Shown here in pieces: positions 1 to 12,063 of a stretch of 64,000 nucleotides of DNA. The notes under the pieces were generated by a model. It made no database searches and was not told where the DNA came from. It saw nothing but the letters and a program-made list of their open reading frames with translations. The position numbers were made by a program, and so were the translations under genes. The stretch is from Alloascoidea hylecoeti. Taxonomy: Eukaryota. The stretch covers positions 62,001-126,000 of the forward strand of contig BCKZ01000012.1 of NCBI GenBank assembly GCA_001600815.1, in the 5' to 3' direction. How positions within the stretch are numbered: the first letter of the stretch is position 1; each line of letters begins with the position of its first letter.

Positions 1-594
1 CAGTGTACCCGATGTGATGAATATAGAGATTGGATGCTAACTTTCAGTATGTTAAATGTTTTTCATTTATTTATAATTAATTGATTAATTACTAATTCAA
101 TGTTATGAAAAGGCCCTACTGTTATTTTCTTAAAAGATCATGTTACAAAACTTGGTGGAAACATCAATAAGAAAACCATCCAATGTCAACTATGTGATGA
201 ATGGCGTGGTGGTGGCTTTAGTCCTGAATCAGGCATTCTTTTATGTGCAAACCGGATATATAGTAAATGGCACTTAGAAGATACCCTAGCGCATGAATTA
301 ATACACGCATACGATTTCGTTAAATTTGATTTTAACCCAATGAATCTTAGACATGCTGCCTGTTCAGAAATCAGAGCTTCGAGTTTATCCGGTGAATGTA
401 GAATGTCCTTGAGGTGGAATCAATTAGAAGGTACTTTTGCAAGAGGTCATCAAGAATGTGTCAAAAGAAGAGCTGTTTTATCTTTAAAATCTCATCCAGA
501 ATGCAAAGATGAATCAGAGGCCAAAAGGTTGGTTAACGAAGTCTGGGACTCATGTTTTAATGATACACGTCCTTTTGATCATATTTATAAATGA
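1..594 (+). CDS. ATP23: Mitochondrial inner membrane protease Atp23, 5'-partial; exons <1-46 and 113-594
   Basis: Intron 47-112 (GTATGT...ACTAAT...AAG) joins QCTRCDEYRDWMLTFS to PTVIFLKDH...; HELIH (HExxH) motif, HAACSEIRASSLSGEC, C-terminal CFNDTRPFD. Confidence 0.93.
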
Positions 595-705
595 ACTTCG
601 AATTCTCTGTACAAAATACTGTATATAGCATACAAATATATATTCACTACGAAATTAAACATAGTTACTGGATCATGATCTGGCCGTATTATTAATATTG
701 TTTGA

Positions 706-1665
706 TCAAGCTATATTCAACAACGGGGTTCTCTCATCAACAACCGGTGATGCAATCATTATTCTGTTATTTTTGTTTGTGCATATGCTAGTATCCTTCG
801 AGATCTCAATAACTTTTCTTTTGCAATTGCTTCCCTTGCCCATAATATCAAACCAAATATACTGTCCAATAATACTAATATCACAAATCAAAGATCCAAC
901 ATAACAACCAATAAACGCAATTTGTTCTTTCCAAAATACACTAACATCGGATCCACCAGCTTGAGCTCTTGGTGAAAATACCATGGCAAATATATTAAAT
1001 ATGTTTGCAATAATTATACATCCAAAAAGACCCTTTGAAATTCCCTCTGTGGATCTGTGCCTGTAATTATGGTATAGCTGTGGCAAACGAGCAATAATAT
1101 AAATTATAGTACAGAGATATAAAAACAGCGTTCCAATTGCAAATCTGAAGTTAAAGAAATCTGAATTATTCGAGATCAGATTGGTCGTTTCTTGATTAAT
1201 TCCAATTGGCATAGAATTTACCGTAGTTGCCAAAACATTTGAAAAGATCAATCCATTCGCTAAAGTATTTGAAGAATAATGAGGCAAACTTCTATATGCA
1301 TAGTTAACCTCTCCCATATGCATGCTTCCCAAATCATCGTTATTTCTATCCACTTGCATTTGTCTTTCTTCTTCCTCTTCTCTTTTCCTATGTATATCAA
1401 GTCTTGAATAATAGATATATTGTGATCCTTGAATTATATCAACAATCCAAAACATATAAGATGCACACATTTTTTGAAAAAATAACTTTCCTGTTAAAAA
1501 GCATCCTGCCATATTTAAAAAGTCAGCACTTATCCAACAACAGAGATATATTGGATTAACACCAGTTACCGATTTGATTTTATAATTTAATCGTGGCTGA
1601 CATGTTCCAGCAATTATCGTGCTAACAATGGAACTAATTGTACAAATTGCAAAGATATTTATCAT
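706..1665 (-). CDS. PQ-loop vacuolar amino-acid transporter (Ypq1/Ypq2/Rtc2 family)
   Basis: Two hydrophobic triple-helix repeats, ARLPQLYHNYRHRSTEGIS PQ motif, C-terminal acidic dileucine signal ERTPLL. Confidence 0.85.
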   Translation of the reverse strand: MINIFAICTISSIVSTIIAGTCQPRLNYKIKSVTGVNPIYLCCWISADFLNMAGCFLTGKLFFQKMCASYMFWIVDIIQGSQYIYYSRLDIHRKREEEEERQMQVDRNNDDLGSMHMGEVNYAYRSLPHYSSNTLANGLIFSNVLATTVNSMPIGINQETTNLISNNSDFFNFRFAIGTLFLYLCTIIYIIARLPQLYHNYRHRSTEGISKGLFGCIIIANIFNIFAMVFSPRAQAGGSDVSVFWKEQIAFIGCYVGSLICDISIIGQYIWFDIMGKGSNCKRKVIEISKDTSICTNKNNRIMIASPVVDERTPLLNIA

Positions 1666-3355
1666 ACTATAATTAGTTAATAGATGATATCAATATTTCT
1701 ATAGTTTATTGAAATTTTAATTAAAGTCGTGAAAGATTATTTCAAGATATCGATAGTTAATTGAATATTTCAATTGCAATGTTCTCCGGATTAGTGTTAC
1801 TTCTTATCTTTTTATAAATTGACAATTTCAGCTTGAGGTTTACATGGTGATTAATTTTTCAATATTTTAAGTCAGCTACAGCAATAGATTATGTTTTGTT
1901 CTTTATATAGTACCGTTTCCTTGATTATAATTATAATGATATTATAACAGATGATTTTGAATAAAAAATATACAATTATTAGAATTTGTGTTTTTATAAC
2001 TAATCATAAACTCGGCTAGCTCAATAATTTGCTTTTTTCCATTGATGGCCATGTTGATTTCCACTAGGTTACCATCAGTTAATCAGTGACATTAGTATGG
2101 AATATTTTTTATTTATGATCTTAATTAAATGTTTTAACTATATAAAATACGTACTCTCAAATTTGTGTTGATATAATTCCATCATAATTTTCATGATCAA
2201 AATTTAAATTTAAATTTAGTATGTATCTGACCTAGTTATAACTTATAAGCAACATTAATATTGGCGTAGATATCATTATTGTTTCATGATTCTCATCACA
2301 GGAATCTATTAATTCTAGAATATTAAATTTAAAAGACAAATTTTATGCTTTTAACACGGTTCTGAATATTTATAATAATTTTCTCGTCAATTTCGGAAAA
2401 AGTCTATATGGAGAAGCATTAATATTGAGATGAAGATATTGGTTGATGATCATTACAGCTATATCCAGGGATAGTGATTCATTTCCTTTATTATTAATAT
2501 ATGATCACTGGATAGGAAAATTACTTTAGCGCTTACATTCATACCACAGTAAGCTACTTGAGAGACACAATCTCCCTCTATATTGTGAATGCTACTTTAT
2601 ATAAAAATCAACAGTAATCAGCTATCTGAAGCTATCCTTAGGTTTTGCGATCTAAGTTCTATCCCTCTTCATTCACAATTGCAATCGTTCCACATAATTC
2701 TAATGTCTTAAATAAACATTTAATTATATATGCACAATTGACATTCTCTGATTCTCTTCATGTAATTATTATATCATTAAAATTAATTAAGCTTGTATAA
2801 ATATTACTTGGAAGTTGGAATTGAGAGACATTTTCATTACACTTCACTGCATAATATTATAACGTTTAAGCAACATCGCGATCCGCCATGGTCATCGATC
2901 TCTTCAGATTTATCCTAGAGTTATGATTTGATGTCGACACTCTTCAGCTACACGATTCCAGGACACATACATCACTTCCCCTATAACTGGTTACTGTTAC
3001 CTTATTGTATGTAAATTGATCATGTATATTAATAATTATAAATATATAGTAAAAGTGAAAACAATTGTAACAATAAATAATGCTCTATAATTCGTGCACA
3101 TATTGAGGGTGAAATATTATAGGCTTCTAAAAAATAATTAATTAAAAATTTTAGAGTTGAAACTAATTGCAAAATAATTGGAAATTAAAACACAAAGATA
3201 TTTTCTTCTGGTTCAGTATTTATTCAAACTTATAGATAGCTATAGTTGTGATGATCCTTTCCTATTAAATTTTATTTGTTAAACAAATTAAGGAAAAAAA
3301 AGAGATAGAAACATTATAGAAATGAATATTTGACGAGTTGAATAATTACATCGTA

Positions 3356-5197
3356 TTAAGACTGACTATTAATTGCAAGTTCCATAATCAATCTAGTAGC
3401 TAAATGTAAGAAAGGATAGGCTGAAAAGGCTCCAATTTCATCCTCAATTTCCTTATCTGTTTTGGTTGGATCCTCTTTAACCACTGATGGTTGCGTTAAA
3501 TCATTATTTTCCCAACCGTCAAACTTAAAATCAACAAGATAATTATTTTGTTCGATTTGATATAATTGAATTTGCATCTTCATTACCTGAGGTCCATTCT
3601 CAGATAATGGAGTTGGGGGTGCATCAGGTTCTGTTTTAGGTTCATACTTCCATCGGACTCTAATTGTCCATAAATCATCTTTACTAGGCTTAGACCATTC
3701 TGCTCCTAGATTCTGTAAGGCTCTATATATCTCACCCATCACATCCAAAGGATATGATCTACTTCGAATACCAAAATGCCATCTAGTTTTTGATTTTTTG
3801 GTTGACACTGGCGATATTTTCTTCAAAGTTTTCGAATTACCACTCATATAAGCTCTATGATAAGATGGTAATGAAGTGGGTAAGATTGCAATAGTGGAAT
3901 TTGATGTGCTATCCTGATCATGAAAAGGTAGATGTCTACTGTCAATATTATCATGCAAGGAAGGAGTTGGAGCTCTACTATTTTGAGTAGATCCAAGATT
4001 TGAGCGACTTGAAACAGCGCTCCAAGATGGTGGACTCTGTGATAAAAATGCATCCATGTTAGTACCAGTTTTGGCTTCTTTTAAATCGGTGATAAACTTC
4101 TGATTTTCAACGATCAAATCGTAGGCTTCTTGAATCTCATTCTTTTCAGCATTGACATCATTACGATGGATTAGTGCTTCATAGACCTCATCTCGAGCAT
4201 AACCCATTGTGGATTCTAAAGCTTCAACAGCAGCTTCATCAATTTCTTGATTTAACTTCTTCTGTTTAAGCAAAGGTGGTAGTAAATACTCTGGCATTTC
4301 AACTTTGAACCATTCATCTTCCAAAATTTCATCGACTGAGATTCTATTTAAGGGATTTACAACCAACAACCTTTGTATCAGGTTTTTTGCACCTGGAGAT
4401 AGATAGCTCGGTAGCGAATAAACACCACTACTGATCTTTCTAAATAGGGCCGGAATAAATTCATCATCAAATGGCAACCTTCCACATAACATAACATATA
4501 AAATAACCCCACAACTCCAAACATCTACTTCAGGACCTGCATATAATTTTCCCGAAATAACCTCCGGGGCAGCATAGTTTGGAGAACCACAACTTGTCTT
4601 CAAGAAATCACCATCAGTCATAATATTTGACAATCCAAAATCACCAATCTTAACATTAAGATGTTCATCTAAGAGTAAATTCTCTGGCTTTAAATCCCGG
4701 TGAACAATCTTATGGCGATGACAATACTCAATTGCCGAGATTATTTGCTGGAAAAACCTTCGGGCTTCGTCTTCGGGCATCTTGCCACGTTGGACAATAT
4801 AATCAAACAATTCTTTTCCGGCAAATTCCATAACCATGATAATCTCTTCCTTCGATTTGATGACATCAAATAATTTAATAATGTGTGGATGTCGAAGAAG
4901 TCTCAAATAAGAAATTTCCCTTTCAACTCTTCCTTGCATATCGGATTTCGCTAGTGTCTTTCTATTGATAATTTTTAATGCCACCCGTTGATGTGTTGCC
5001 ATGTGGCGGGCTAACTTGACTTTACCAAATGAGCCCTCTCCTAATGTTTTGATGATCTCATAGCGACCAATCCGAGGATTGTGGCCTACAGATTTTTGGC
5101 TGGATCTCGGAGCATTGGGGTCATGGTGATGATGATGGGAACGTCGGCTTTCACTACCAGCAGCAGATTCGTCTCTTTGTTCACTATTCGATGACAT
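3356..5197 (-). CDS. SNF1: AMP-activated Ser/Thr kinase Snf1
   Basis: N-terminal His tract, GEGSFGKV, HRDLKPEN, DFGLSNIMTDGDFLKTSCGSPNYAAPE, C-terminal WHFGIRSRS and YLVDFK. Confidence 0.98.
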   Translation of the reverse strand: MSSNSEQRDESAAGSESRRSHHHHHDPNAPRSSQKSVGHNPRIGRYEIIKTLGEGSFGKVKLARHMATHQRVALKIINRKTLAKSDMQGRVEREISYLRLLRHPHIIKLFDVIKSKEEIIMVMEFAGKELFDYIVQRGKMPEDEARRFFQQIISAIEYCHRHKIVHRDLKPENLLLDEHLNVKIGDFGLSNIMTDGDFLKTSCGSPNYAAPEVISGKLYAGPEVDVWSCGVILYVMLCGRLPFDDEFIPALFRKISSGVYSLPSYLSPGAKNLIQRLLVVNPLNRISVDEILEDEWFKVEMPEYLLPPLLKQKKLNQEIDEAAVEALESTMGYARDEVYEALIHRNDVNAEKNEIQEAYDLIVENQKFITDLKEAKTGTNMDAFLSQSPPSWSAVSSRSNLGSTQNSRAPTPSLHDNIDSRHLPFHDQDSTSNSTIAILPTSLPSYHRAYMSGNSKTLKKISPVSTKKSKTRWHFGIRSRSYPLDVMGEIYRALQNLGAEWSKPSKDDLWTIRVRWKYEPKTEPDAPPTPLSENGPQVMKMQIQLYQIEQNNYLVDFKFDGWENNDLTQPSVVKEDPTKTDKEIEDEIGAFSAYPFLHLATRLIMELAINSQS

Positions 5198-5354
5198 TTG
5201 CTATTCTTATCAATTCTCTGAACTGAATTTATTCTGTATATGTCAGAGGGGTTAGCAAGCTTTTCTTGAATTTTTACTGAGGCTTGAAGGTTTAAAGATC
5301 CGGTGATTATGATTCAGTAAGAAAGGTGGAAGGTGGTGAAATTCATCGCACAGT

Positions 5355-5362
5355 CCGGGTAA
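5355..5362. promoter_or_regulatory. Reb1-type site CCGGGTAA upstream of SNF1
   Basis: Exact match to the yeast Reb1 consensus about 160 bp upstream of the ATG. Confidence 0.55.
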
Positions 5363-5459
5363 TATAAACTTCCCAAAAAATTCCTTTTAGGGTGCGTGTG
5401 AAGGGTTGAGACAAATATATATCAATTCATTAGATATTCCGTATGTAAAAACTTATTTT

Positions 5460-5990
5460 CCTAACAGATTCGCCTGGCAATTTTTTACAAGTTCTTCTGT
5501 TTGTAATTCAAAGTTTGAAGGTTTCTTCTTTCTTTTCTCCCTGTTTTTTATCGTATTAATCTCTTACCCGAACATTTTACTAGCCAATGGATTTTCACTC
5601 AGCAACTTGGCTTTGCCTCTCCTACCCTTTTTCACTTGTTTCATTTTAGTTTAGAAAAGCTCCGGATGTTTACTTCTTTGAATTGAACTAATTTTTTCTC
5701 GATTCTGTAAAATTCTCACTCTAGCATATGTCTCTGCATATCGCTTATTTTTAACCTCCAAAATGTCCAATTTCCGAAAAAATTCTATGGCTTCATTCTT
5801 ATTGGAGAAGCCCTTTTCATATTCTTCATCCAGTCTAAGGAAATTATCTTTTAGTGGTGGTGTATCTATAGTAACAGACTTCAACACTTGAATTAAATGG
5901 CCAAATTCCACTCCTTTTAAATCCAGATTTATTATTTGATGAAGTTAATTCTTTGCGCTCCTTGCAACACAAAATAATGATGACTTTGTA
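5460..5990 (-). mobile_element. Degenerate pogo/Fot1-type (DDE_1) transposase, C-terminal relic
   Basis: Minus strand 5935-5893 reads NNKSGFKRSGIWPFN (cf. NIxSGFxxTGIWPFN), followed by frameshifted coiled-coil, RRGKAKLL and NRRTC segments with stops. Confidence 0.65.
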
Positions 5991-6389
5991 AGATAACAGT
6001 GCAACTAAAATTAAAAAGACGATTTCTAGAAACTGATCATATTAGAAGAATGAATGAATTTTAATATTTGTTGCAATTGTGATTGACCTTGTGCTAATAT
6101 ATGGTGTAGTGCTCGTGCTCGTACTATAAAATAATCTAGTATGCATAATAATAATTAATTGACCAGCTATTAATATTAGCAGCTGAATTTTCTTAGGCTT
6201 TCAGGGAATCACCCTCCCTTTATGTCTAAAATTCTACATAACTTTAATAGCTATTTATAATCCTTACGTCGCTATTTCACATGTTACTTCTTCGTTTTTA
6301 ATTCAGATTCTTAAATGTAATGATCGCTTATAAATAGGGTTTATATTTCAACTCTATCTATTCAATTGCAACAACCGACTCGATCGGAA

Positions 6390-6800
6390 GTTATGGCGCA
6401 AGAAGGCAAACTTCATCTAGACGGTTTTTTTGCAGTAGGGAAATACGTTTGACAGCAAAAAACATATCATTCATGGGATTGCCTCCACTGGTACACACTG
6501 AAATTACGCGCTGTGCACAAACCGTGGGGTTGTAATGAAGAATACTGTACGGGAAACAAAAGGATCTGATCCGTTTTCCTATAAGGGGAATTATTTGTAG
6601 AAGGACAGAAGAGGTTAATATAAAAGTCTCCACCAAACACTTCACTTCTTCTATTGACCCACAGAACAGGACAAGATTGGCAGATTGTGAAGCGAGTACC
6701 TCCAAATTTAAAGGAAACTCACACAGAAACAAACGCTTAATAACTGGGAGAACAATACTTTGCAACACATTGAGGGTAATAAATAGGACATACGGTATTT
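6390..6800 (+). mobile_element. Possible decayed Mutator/FAR1-like transposase N-terminus
   Basis: Frameshifted plus-strand fragments FFAVG/NTFDSKKH and IICRRTEE...RTRLADCEAS resemble the VGxxFxS...CxR...RxxxxxCxA pattern; stops present. Confidence 0.3.
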
Positions 6801-7175
6801 AGCAGAATATATATAATCAAAAAATTTAAATTTAAATTTAAATAAATTGGTGATCGTGCTGATTTGATGGTTCAGATGGTGTCTAAAAACTCTTCATGGT
6901 TCAAACTGAATGGATTACCTATAATAACCAAGTTAAGAACGTCAGCCTTTAAACTAAGCTCATTCAACAATTTACTAGTGCGATCCATATGAGAAATAAA
7001 ATAGCTATAGTATTAAAAGGACAACATTAGTTCCAACAGACAAATACTATTAAAATGACTATAAGATTCATAATTTATCAAGATTATTTAGATGTAATGT
7101 TGTAACAAATCTTACAAATGTGAAAACAGATAGCAGCAGATAATTATAGCCTTTCTTTTTATCAGGTTCAATGAT

Positions 7176-9998
7176 ATGAAACGGAAACCACATTACATGC
7201 TCGAGGGTGACTCCTGGTCTGTGTCAAAATGCTTGAGAGTTATTAGACCCCTGGGTTCACGGTTAAAAGCGTTCCGTGATCAAATTCATATTTACCCTTC
7301 AATTATCATACCAAAGGAGGAGGCTAGTATAGGAGATTGGGGTTCTTATTTGGCTTCTTGGTCCACAAGCTGTGTAAGACGATTACCAGTTTACACTAGA
7401 AGAGCGATGCTAAATAAATCACAACGTTCAACCGTCATAAAGCAAAAAAAGACTGTCTACATAGAAAGTGATGGCAGTTCGGATGGTGCAGATTCGGAGA
7501 GCGATGAGGAATTTCAAATGGGTTTGCCTACACCACCTGTTTGGAAAAAAAGCGGAAGAAAGAAGAGAAAGATAGATTCTGATCCCTTTTCAGATGACAC
7601 AAGTATTGAACCTTCACCTGTATCTTGTGATAATATCTTATATCATATCAAAAGCTGGGTTACTGAAGAAGCATATTCAAACTACATTGATATTTTCAAG
7701 GCATTCAAACATTTTCTTTCACAATTTGATGATCTCACTCCTTCAAAATTAATATATATGTCTGCTTTTGAAGTTGGTCGATGTATTATTTATACGGAAT
7801 ATGAAGTTGAAGAAATTTCTTGGTATGAGTCTTTTGTGTCAATAGACCTCTATCGTCATTGGGTATGTCTTGGACATGGAATTGGCTTATTAATTCAAAA
7901 TTCAAAGGAACTAGACTCTCTTTTGATTGTTCTTTGTTCATATTGCGTTGAAATCGAAGCTTTTGGTCTTGCTCGGCTATTACTAGATGCATATGTTAAT
8001 GTTATAGATCCAACGAAGTTTTGGATTAATTTTAATACTCTGCAGTATATACGAAGTACTTGTAAAGCAGAACCAAATACATTTTTAAAGTGGATTTCAA
8101 ATCAAAAAAGATTTGTATCGAATGATTCTCAACTCTATATTGGGTCAGATCAATTTTATTCCCTTTTATATTCAGAAACAAGTAATGTTGTTTATCCTGC
8201 AAAGTTAATAAATAATGCACTTTATAGTATTGTATCTAAACCACAGAAAAAAATGTCAATAACTTTTCTTAAGAATTTATTTTCCGAATTATTATTTTGT
8301 TTTATAAATATCTGCAAAGAGGGTGATATAGAGGGTCGGGTTAAAACAATTGCTCAACAACTTGTGTCAATTATTCCACGAGGTAGAAGCTTCTATAATT
8401 TAAGACTGGCTTTTCAACTATATGCCTGTGTTTTGGAGCAAAATTATTACAATTCTATAATTGATGATAATGATCCTGTGCACTTCATTCGACTACCTCC
8501 TTTACCTAATGTAGATGAGAATATCGATAATCTCTCTGAACAAATAATATCAATTGTTGAAGACTCAAATATCATAATTCGAATAGCAAGTATTGTTTTG
8601 CCCTTTAATAGCAAATTGGCCTTGATTATTGCTGGAGCTTATCTTGAAAAGTCTCCTTTTACACCAGAAGTGAAAATTTGGATAGAGGAACTTAGAGCTG
8701 TATTGTCAAATAGTATTGAAGATTTGGAAGAAGATATACAATCTCAAACTCCATGGTCATCGCCTACTAAAAATAGTCATCCCAACGATTTGGATGCATG
8801 GGTAAAAGATAATACTCTAATATCAGATAGATGTCGTGTGAGTTTGCGTGAGCGACGGCCATATAACGATCAGGTGAAATCAGACAACACTCCTATAACT
8901 ATATCATCTTCTAATGATCGTAATTTATCACCTTCAGGAAAGTCTATAAATGTAGTTTCTAATATTCGGAATTCATTGACTTCTACAAGTGGAAATGAAA
9001 GCATATTATGCGAAATAAATGATATTTTCTCTAATAATGAGTATGAAAATGAAGATAATGAGATATATTTGAACAACATACTAAGCGATGATCACGACCA
9101 ACTTGCTTTCCCAAAAATGAAACAACCAAGTAGTACAATTTCTAATAAAATAGAAAAGACAAACAAAGAAAAAGCTTTTAATGGCAGATTGAGAAATTCT
9201 AACAAGTCAACAAGGAAAACATCTAACAGAACCAAGAAGTCACGGCATCCAGATCAAAATATTGATGATAAACTCTATGGGTCTAAGAATGACCGAATAC
9301 CTCGGAGAGTTTCAGAAAGACTTAAAGATAAGAATCACATTTCTTATGAGGAGAGTGAATCTGATGATAATTTAGAGATATATACTTCCAACCGGAAAGA
9401 GTCAAAAAGAATAAGAAAACTTAAAATCGACAATCAAGATTACCTTAAACAAGACAGTGATGATGACCCTTTGATTTCCCTTGAGACTGGACCAATCTCT
9501 AGAAGAGTTTCTAATAGAGTCAAACATACGAAGCATATATCTTATAACGAAGAATCTAGTAGTGAATCAAATGACGAGAATAACATCGACTCCAAATCTA
9601 GCAAGCTAAAGGTTAGAATAATAAGAACTTTAGGAAATAGAGCTAAAAGAAACGGCGTTAAAGTAAAAGATTCAGAAATGTCTGATATTCAACCAGAAAC
9701 GAGTTTTGGAAATCATCATCACATTAATTCAAGCAGTAAACTTGATTTAGGATCTACAGGAGTTGAAGTTCAAGATAAAACTGCTAGAATAAGGGCATCT
9801 AAAATAATCGAGAATAGGTCTAATAATAATAACATTCGCAGTGAACTTGAGGATAATTCGATCGATGATATAGTACCTAGCAGAAGGACCAGAAGCCATT
9901 TTCGAGAAAAAAATAAACGGAAATCTACTAACTCTGACTCAGTATTTGACGATCATATTCAGGCTGTCAAACGTCGTAAAAGGAGAACAACCTCATAA
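7176..9998 (+). CDS. Uncharacterised 940-aa protein: helical N-terminal and central part, low-complexity basic C-terminus, probably nuclear
   Basis: Long ORF; basic NLS-like clusters (KKSGRKKRK, KRRKRR); no family confidently recognised. Confidence 0.8.
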   Translation: MKRKPHYMLEGDSWSVSKCLRVIRPLGSRLKAFRDQIHIYPSIIIPKEEASIGDWGSYLASWSTSCVRRLPVYTRRAMLNKSQRSTVIKQKKTVYIESDGSSDGADSESDEEFQMGLPTPPVWKKSGRKKRKIDSDPFSDDTSIEPSPVSCDNILYHIKSWVTEEAYSNYIDIFKAFKHFLSQFDDLTPSKLIYMSAFEVGRCIIYTEYEVEEISWYESFVSIDLYRHWVCLGHGIGLLIQNSKELDSLLIVLCSYCVEIEAFGLARLLLDAYVNVIDPTKFWINFNTLQYIRSTCKAEPNTFLKWISNQKRFVSNDSQLYIGSDQFYSLLYSETSNVVYPAKLINNALYSIVSKPQKKMSITFLKNLFSELLFCFINICKEGDIEGRVKTIAQQLVSIIPRGRSFYNLRLAFQLYACVLEQNYYNSIIDDNDPVHFIRLPPLPNVDENIDNLSEQIISIVEDSNIIIRIASIVLPFNSKLALIIAGAYLEKSPFTPEVKIWIEELRAVLSNSIEDLEEDIQSQTPWSSPTKNSHPNDLDAWVKDNTLISDRCRVSLRERRPYNDQVKSDNTPITISSSNDRNLSPSGKSINVVSNIRNSLTSTSGNESILCEINDIFSNNEYENEDNEIYLNNILSDDHDQLAFPKMKQPSSTISNKIEKTNKEKAFNGRLRNSNKSTRKTSNRTKKSRHPDQNIDDKLYGSKNDRIPRRVSERLKDKNHISYEESESDDNLEIYTSNRKESKRIRKLKIDNQDYLKQDSDDDPLISLETGPISRRVSNRVKHTKHISYNEESSSESNDENNIDSKSSKLKVRIIRTLGNRAKRNGVKVKDSEMSDIQPETSFGNHHHINSSSKLDLGSTGVEVQDKTARIRASKIIENRSNNNNIRSELEDNSIDDIVPSRRTRSHFREKNKRKSTNSDSVFDDHIQAVKRRKRRTTS

Positions 9999-10394
9999 AA
10001 TATGGATGAGAATATAAAGCTTATTGGGAGAAGAAATTTATGATACCCAAAAGATGAGTCCATTTAAAAAGTGTTAGACGCGAAAAAAAAAACTGGTAAA
10101 TACTAATAAAAAAAGACAAATTCCCTTTAAAGGAAATATTACATTTGACTTGGATGGTAGATAATTGTTAAGTTAATACAATTGGAAATATAAAGATAAA
10201 TATCCAAGAGAATATTAATTGGTGATCCATCAATAACTGATAATTATAAAACTTTATAAGTTATATGAAGATTTCATAATGGAGTACAACAACATTGCCT
10301 CAAAACAACAAAATAAAATGCTATCACTATAAGTTATAACTAGAGCTAGGATGAGACCCCCAAAAACACATACCCGAAGCAACACCATAATTAA

Positions 10395-11373
10395 TCAACA
10401 AGAAAACCCTTTATCAATTGTTAAAGTTGTACCCGTTATATTAGAAGAAGTTGCTAAGAATAAAGTTGCATTTGCTATTTCATCAGCATTAATCAACACC
10501 GAAGAATTTTTAATTGATTTCAATGGTATTCTAGATTGAAAATATTGATTTGAAGATTCTGATACTGCTAAATAAATTTATATTAGTGCATCAAATATTT
10601 ATGTAGTAAATTATTAATTATTGATTTCATACCTCTTCCCATTTCTGTATCTACCAATCCAGGACAAATTGAGTTCACTCTAATATTTTTGGGACCCAAC
10701 TCAACTGCCAAAGAATTAGTGAAACCCTCTATTCCTGCTTTTGTTGCAGCATACACTGATGTGCCTATTGATCCCCTTTTTGCTAATACCGAGGAAAAAT
10801 TTATGATGCATCCTATTATACGTTTAGAAATATTATACAAAGGTAGAATAAGTTTTGCATCAATAACAAAGTGTCTGAATTTCACATACCTTCTCTCTTT
10901 CTTAGCATTGGCTTTATTGCCAGTCGTGAGCAGAGTATGGTAGCCAGTAGGTTCACATTTATGAGGTTATTGATTTCCATTACCTTAGTACTCAACAATA
11001 GCGAATTTTGTGCCAAACCAGCACAATTTATTAGAATATCGATACCTTTCATCAGCTAGATTAGTAACGTTAGGGGATATCATCGTAAAAATAATAGTAA
11101 GTATAGCACTAATCATACATTTTGTAGGTCTGCAACTTCTGGCTCATTTGTAGCTAACCTGGATACATCAAAAGATAGAGATTCGTGTTTCTGAGCATGC
11201 TCTACATTTAACTGTGACAAGGCACTATCTAGTAATTGCTGATTTCGTGAAACTAGTTTGCAACTAGCACCATTCTCTGAGAGTTTCTTGGAGATTGCCA
11301 ATCCAATACCACGCGAACCTCCTGTTATCATGCATGTCTTTCCCAAAAGACGTAACTCAGTAATCATAGACAT
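10395..11373 (-). CDS. OAR1: Short-chain dehydrogenase / mitochondrial 3-oxoacyl-ACP reductase (FabG/Oar1-like); exons 11373-11119, 11055-10890, 10812-10633, 10567-10395
   Basis: TGGSRGIG, INCAG, YAATK, IRVNSICPG and ITGTTLTIDKG motifs are joined by three GT-AG introns (11118-11056, 10889-10813, 10632-10568). Confidence 0.82.
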
Positions 11374-11782
11374 TTGGTGATATGTAGTAGGTAGACTAGT
11401 AGTACATCTCAGAATTGGTGATGATGTTTAAAAGAAGAAAAAAAATTATACGTTGTCATTCTATAATAAATTATGTTAAATTATTATAATATAGCTAATG
11501 TATAAAAGGATATAAATCATTCAAGAAATAATACATGAATATGGAAGAAACATACCTATAGTTAGAGAAATAACTTGGTAAATTTTTTTACCCAAATTAA
11601 ACTATCTATTTTACTTTAATTAACCAAAGAATCATACATAAAAAACTATTACATGCAAAACTACTTCCGAGCCTATGAGAATTCCCATAGACTCACTCAT
11701 CCTTGAGCATGGTTCCTTGGTTATAAAAAAAAACTAAATTGTAGCGATTCCTTTTTTTAGGAAAAAACACGAAAAATATAAT

Positions 11783-11877
11783 CGACAGACGCAGGATTCG
11801 AACCTACGCGGGCAAAGCCCAATTGATAACACTTAGAGTATTCAAGTCAATCTCCTTAACCGCTCGGACAGCCTGTC
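11783..11877 (-). tRNA. tRNA-Ser(UGA) with 13-nt intron (11828-11840)
   Basis: Acceptor GACAGGC/GTCTGTC, anticodon arm ATTGA-CT-TGA-A[intron]A-TCAAT, long variable arm GGGCTTTGCCC, T-loop GTTCGAATC, downstream T-run. Confidence 0.95.
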
Positions 11878-12063
11878 ACTTTATGCTTAATAAAAGTTTC
11901 CTGCATCACCTGTCACCCGTTACAAGTATACTACATTTCCCGGAACTTTAATTCCGCACCTCACGGTTGAAGTAAACACCCATACGCTCACCTCTGCCCA
12001 ATAAAACGAAACAGATTCGACCGACCAATACCGGTGACAATCACACAGAAATCGTCAGTTGTA

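Noticed and set aside
2400..2990. Possible TE relic (AGGGGAAG-TGATG PPT/LTR-like start at 2974 on the minus strand; weak DDE-like fragments)
   Set aside because: No second terminus, second copy or clear protein motif
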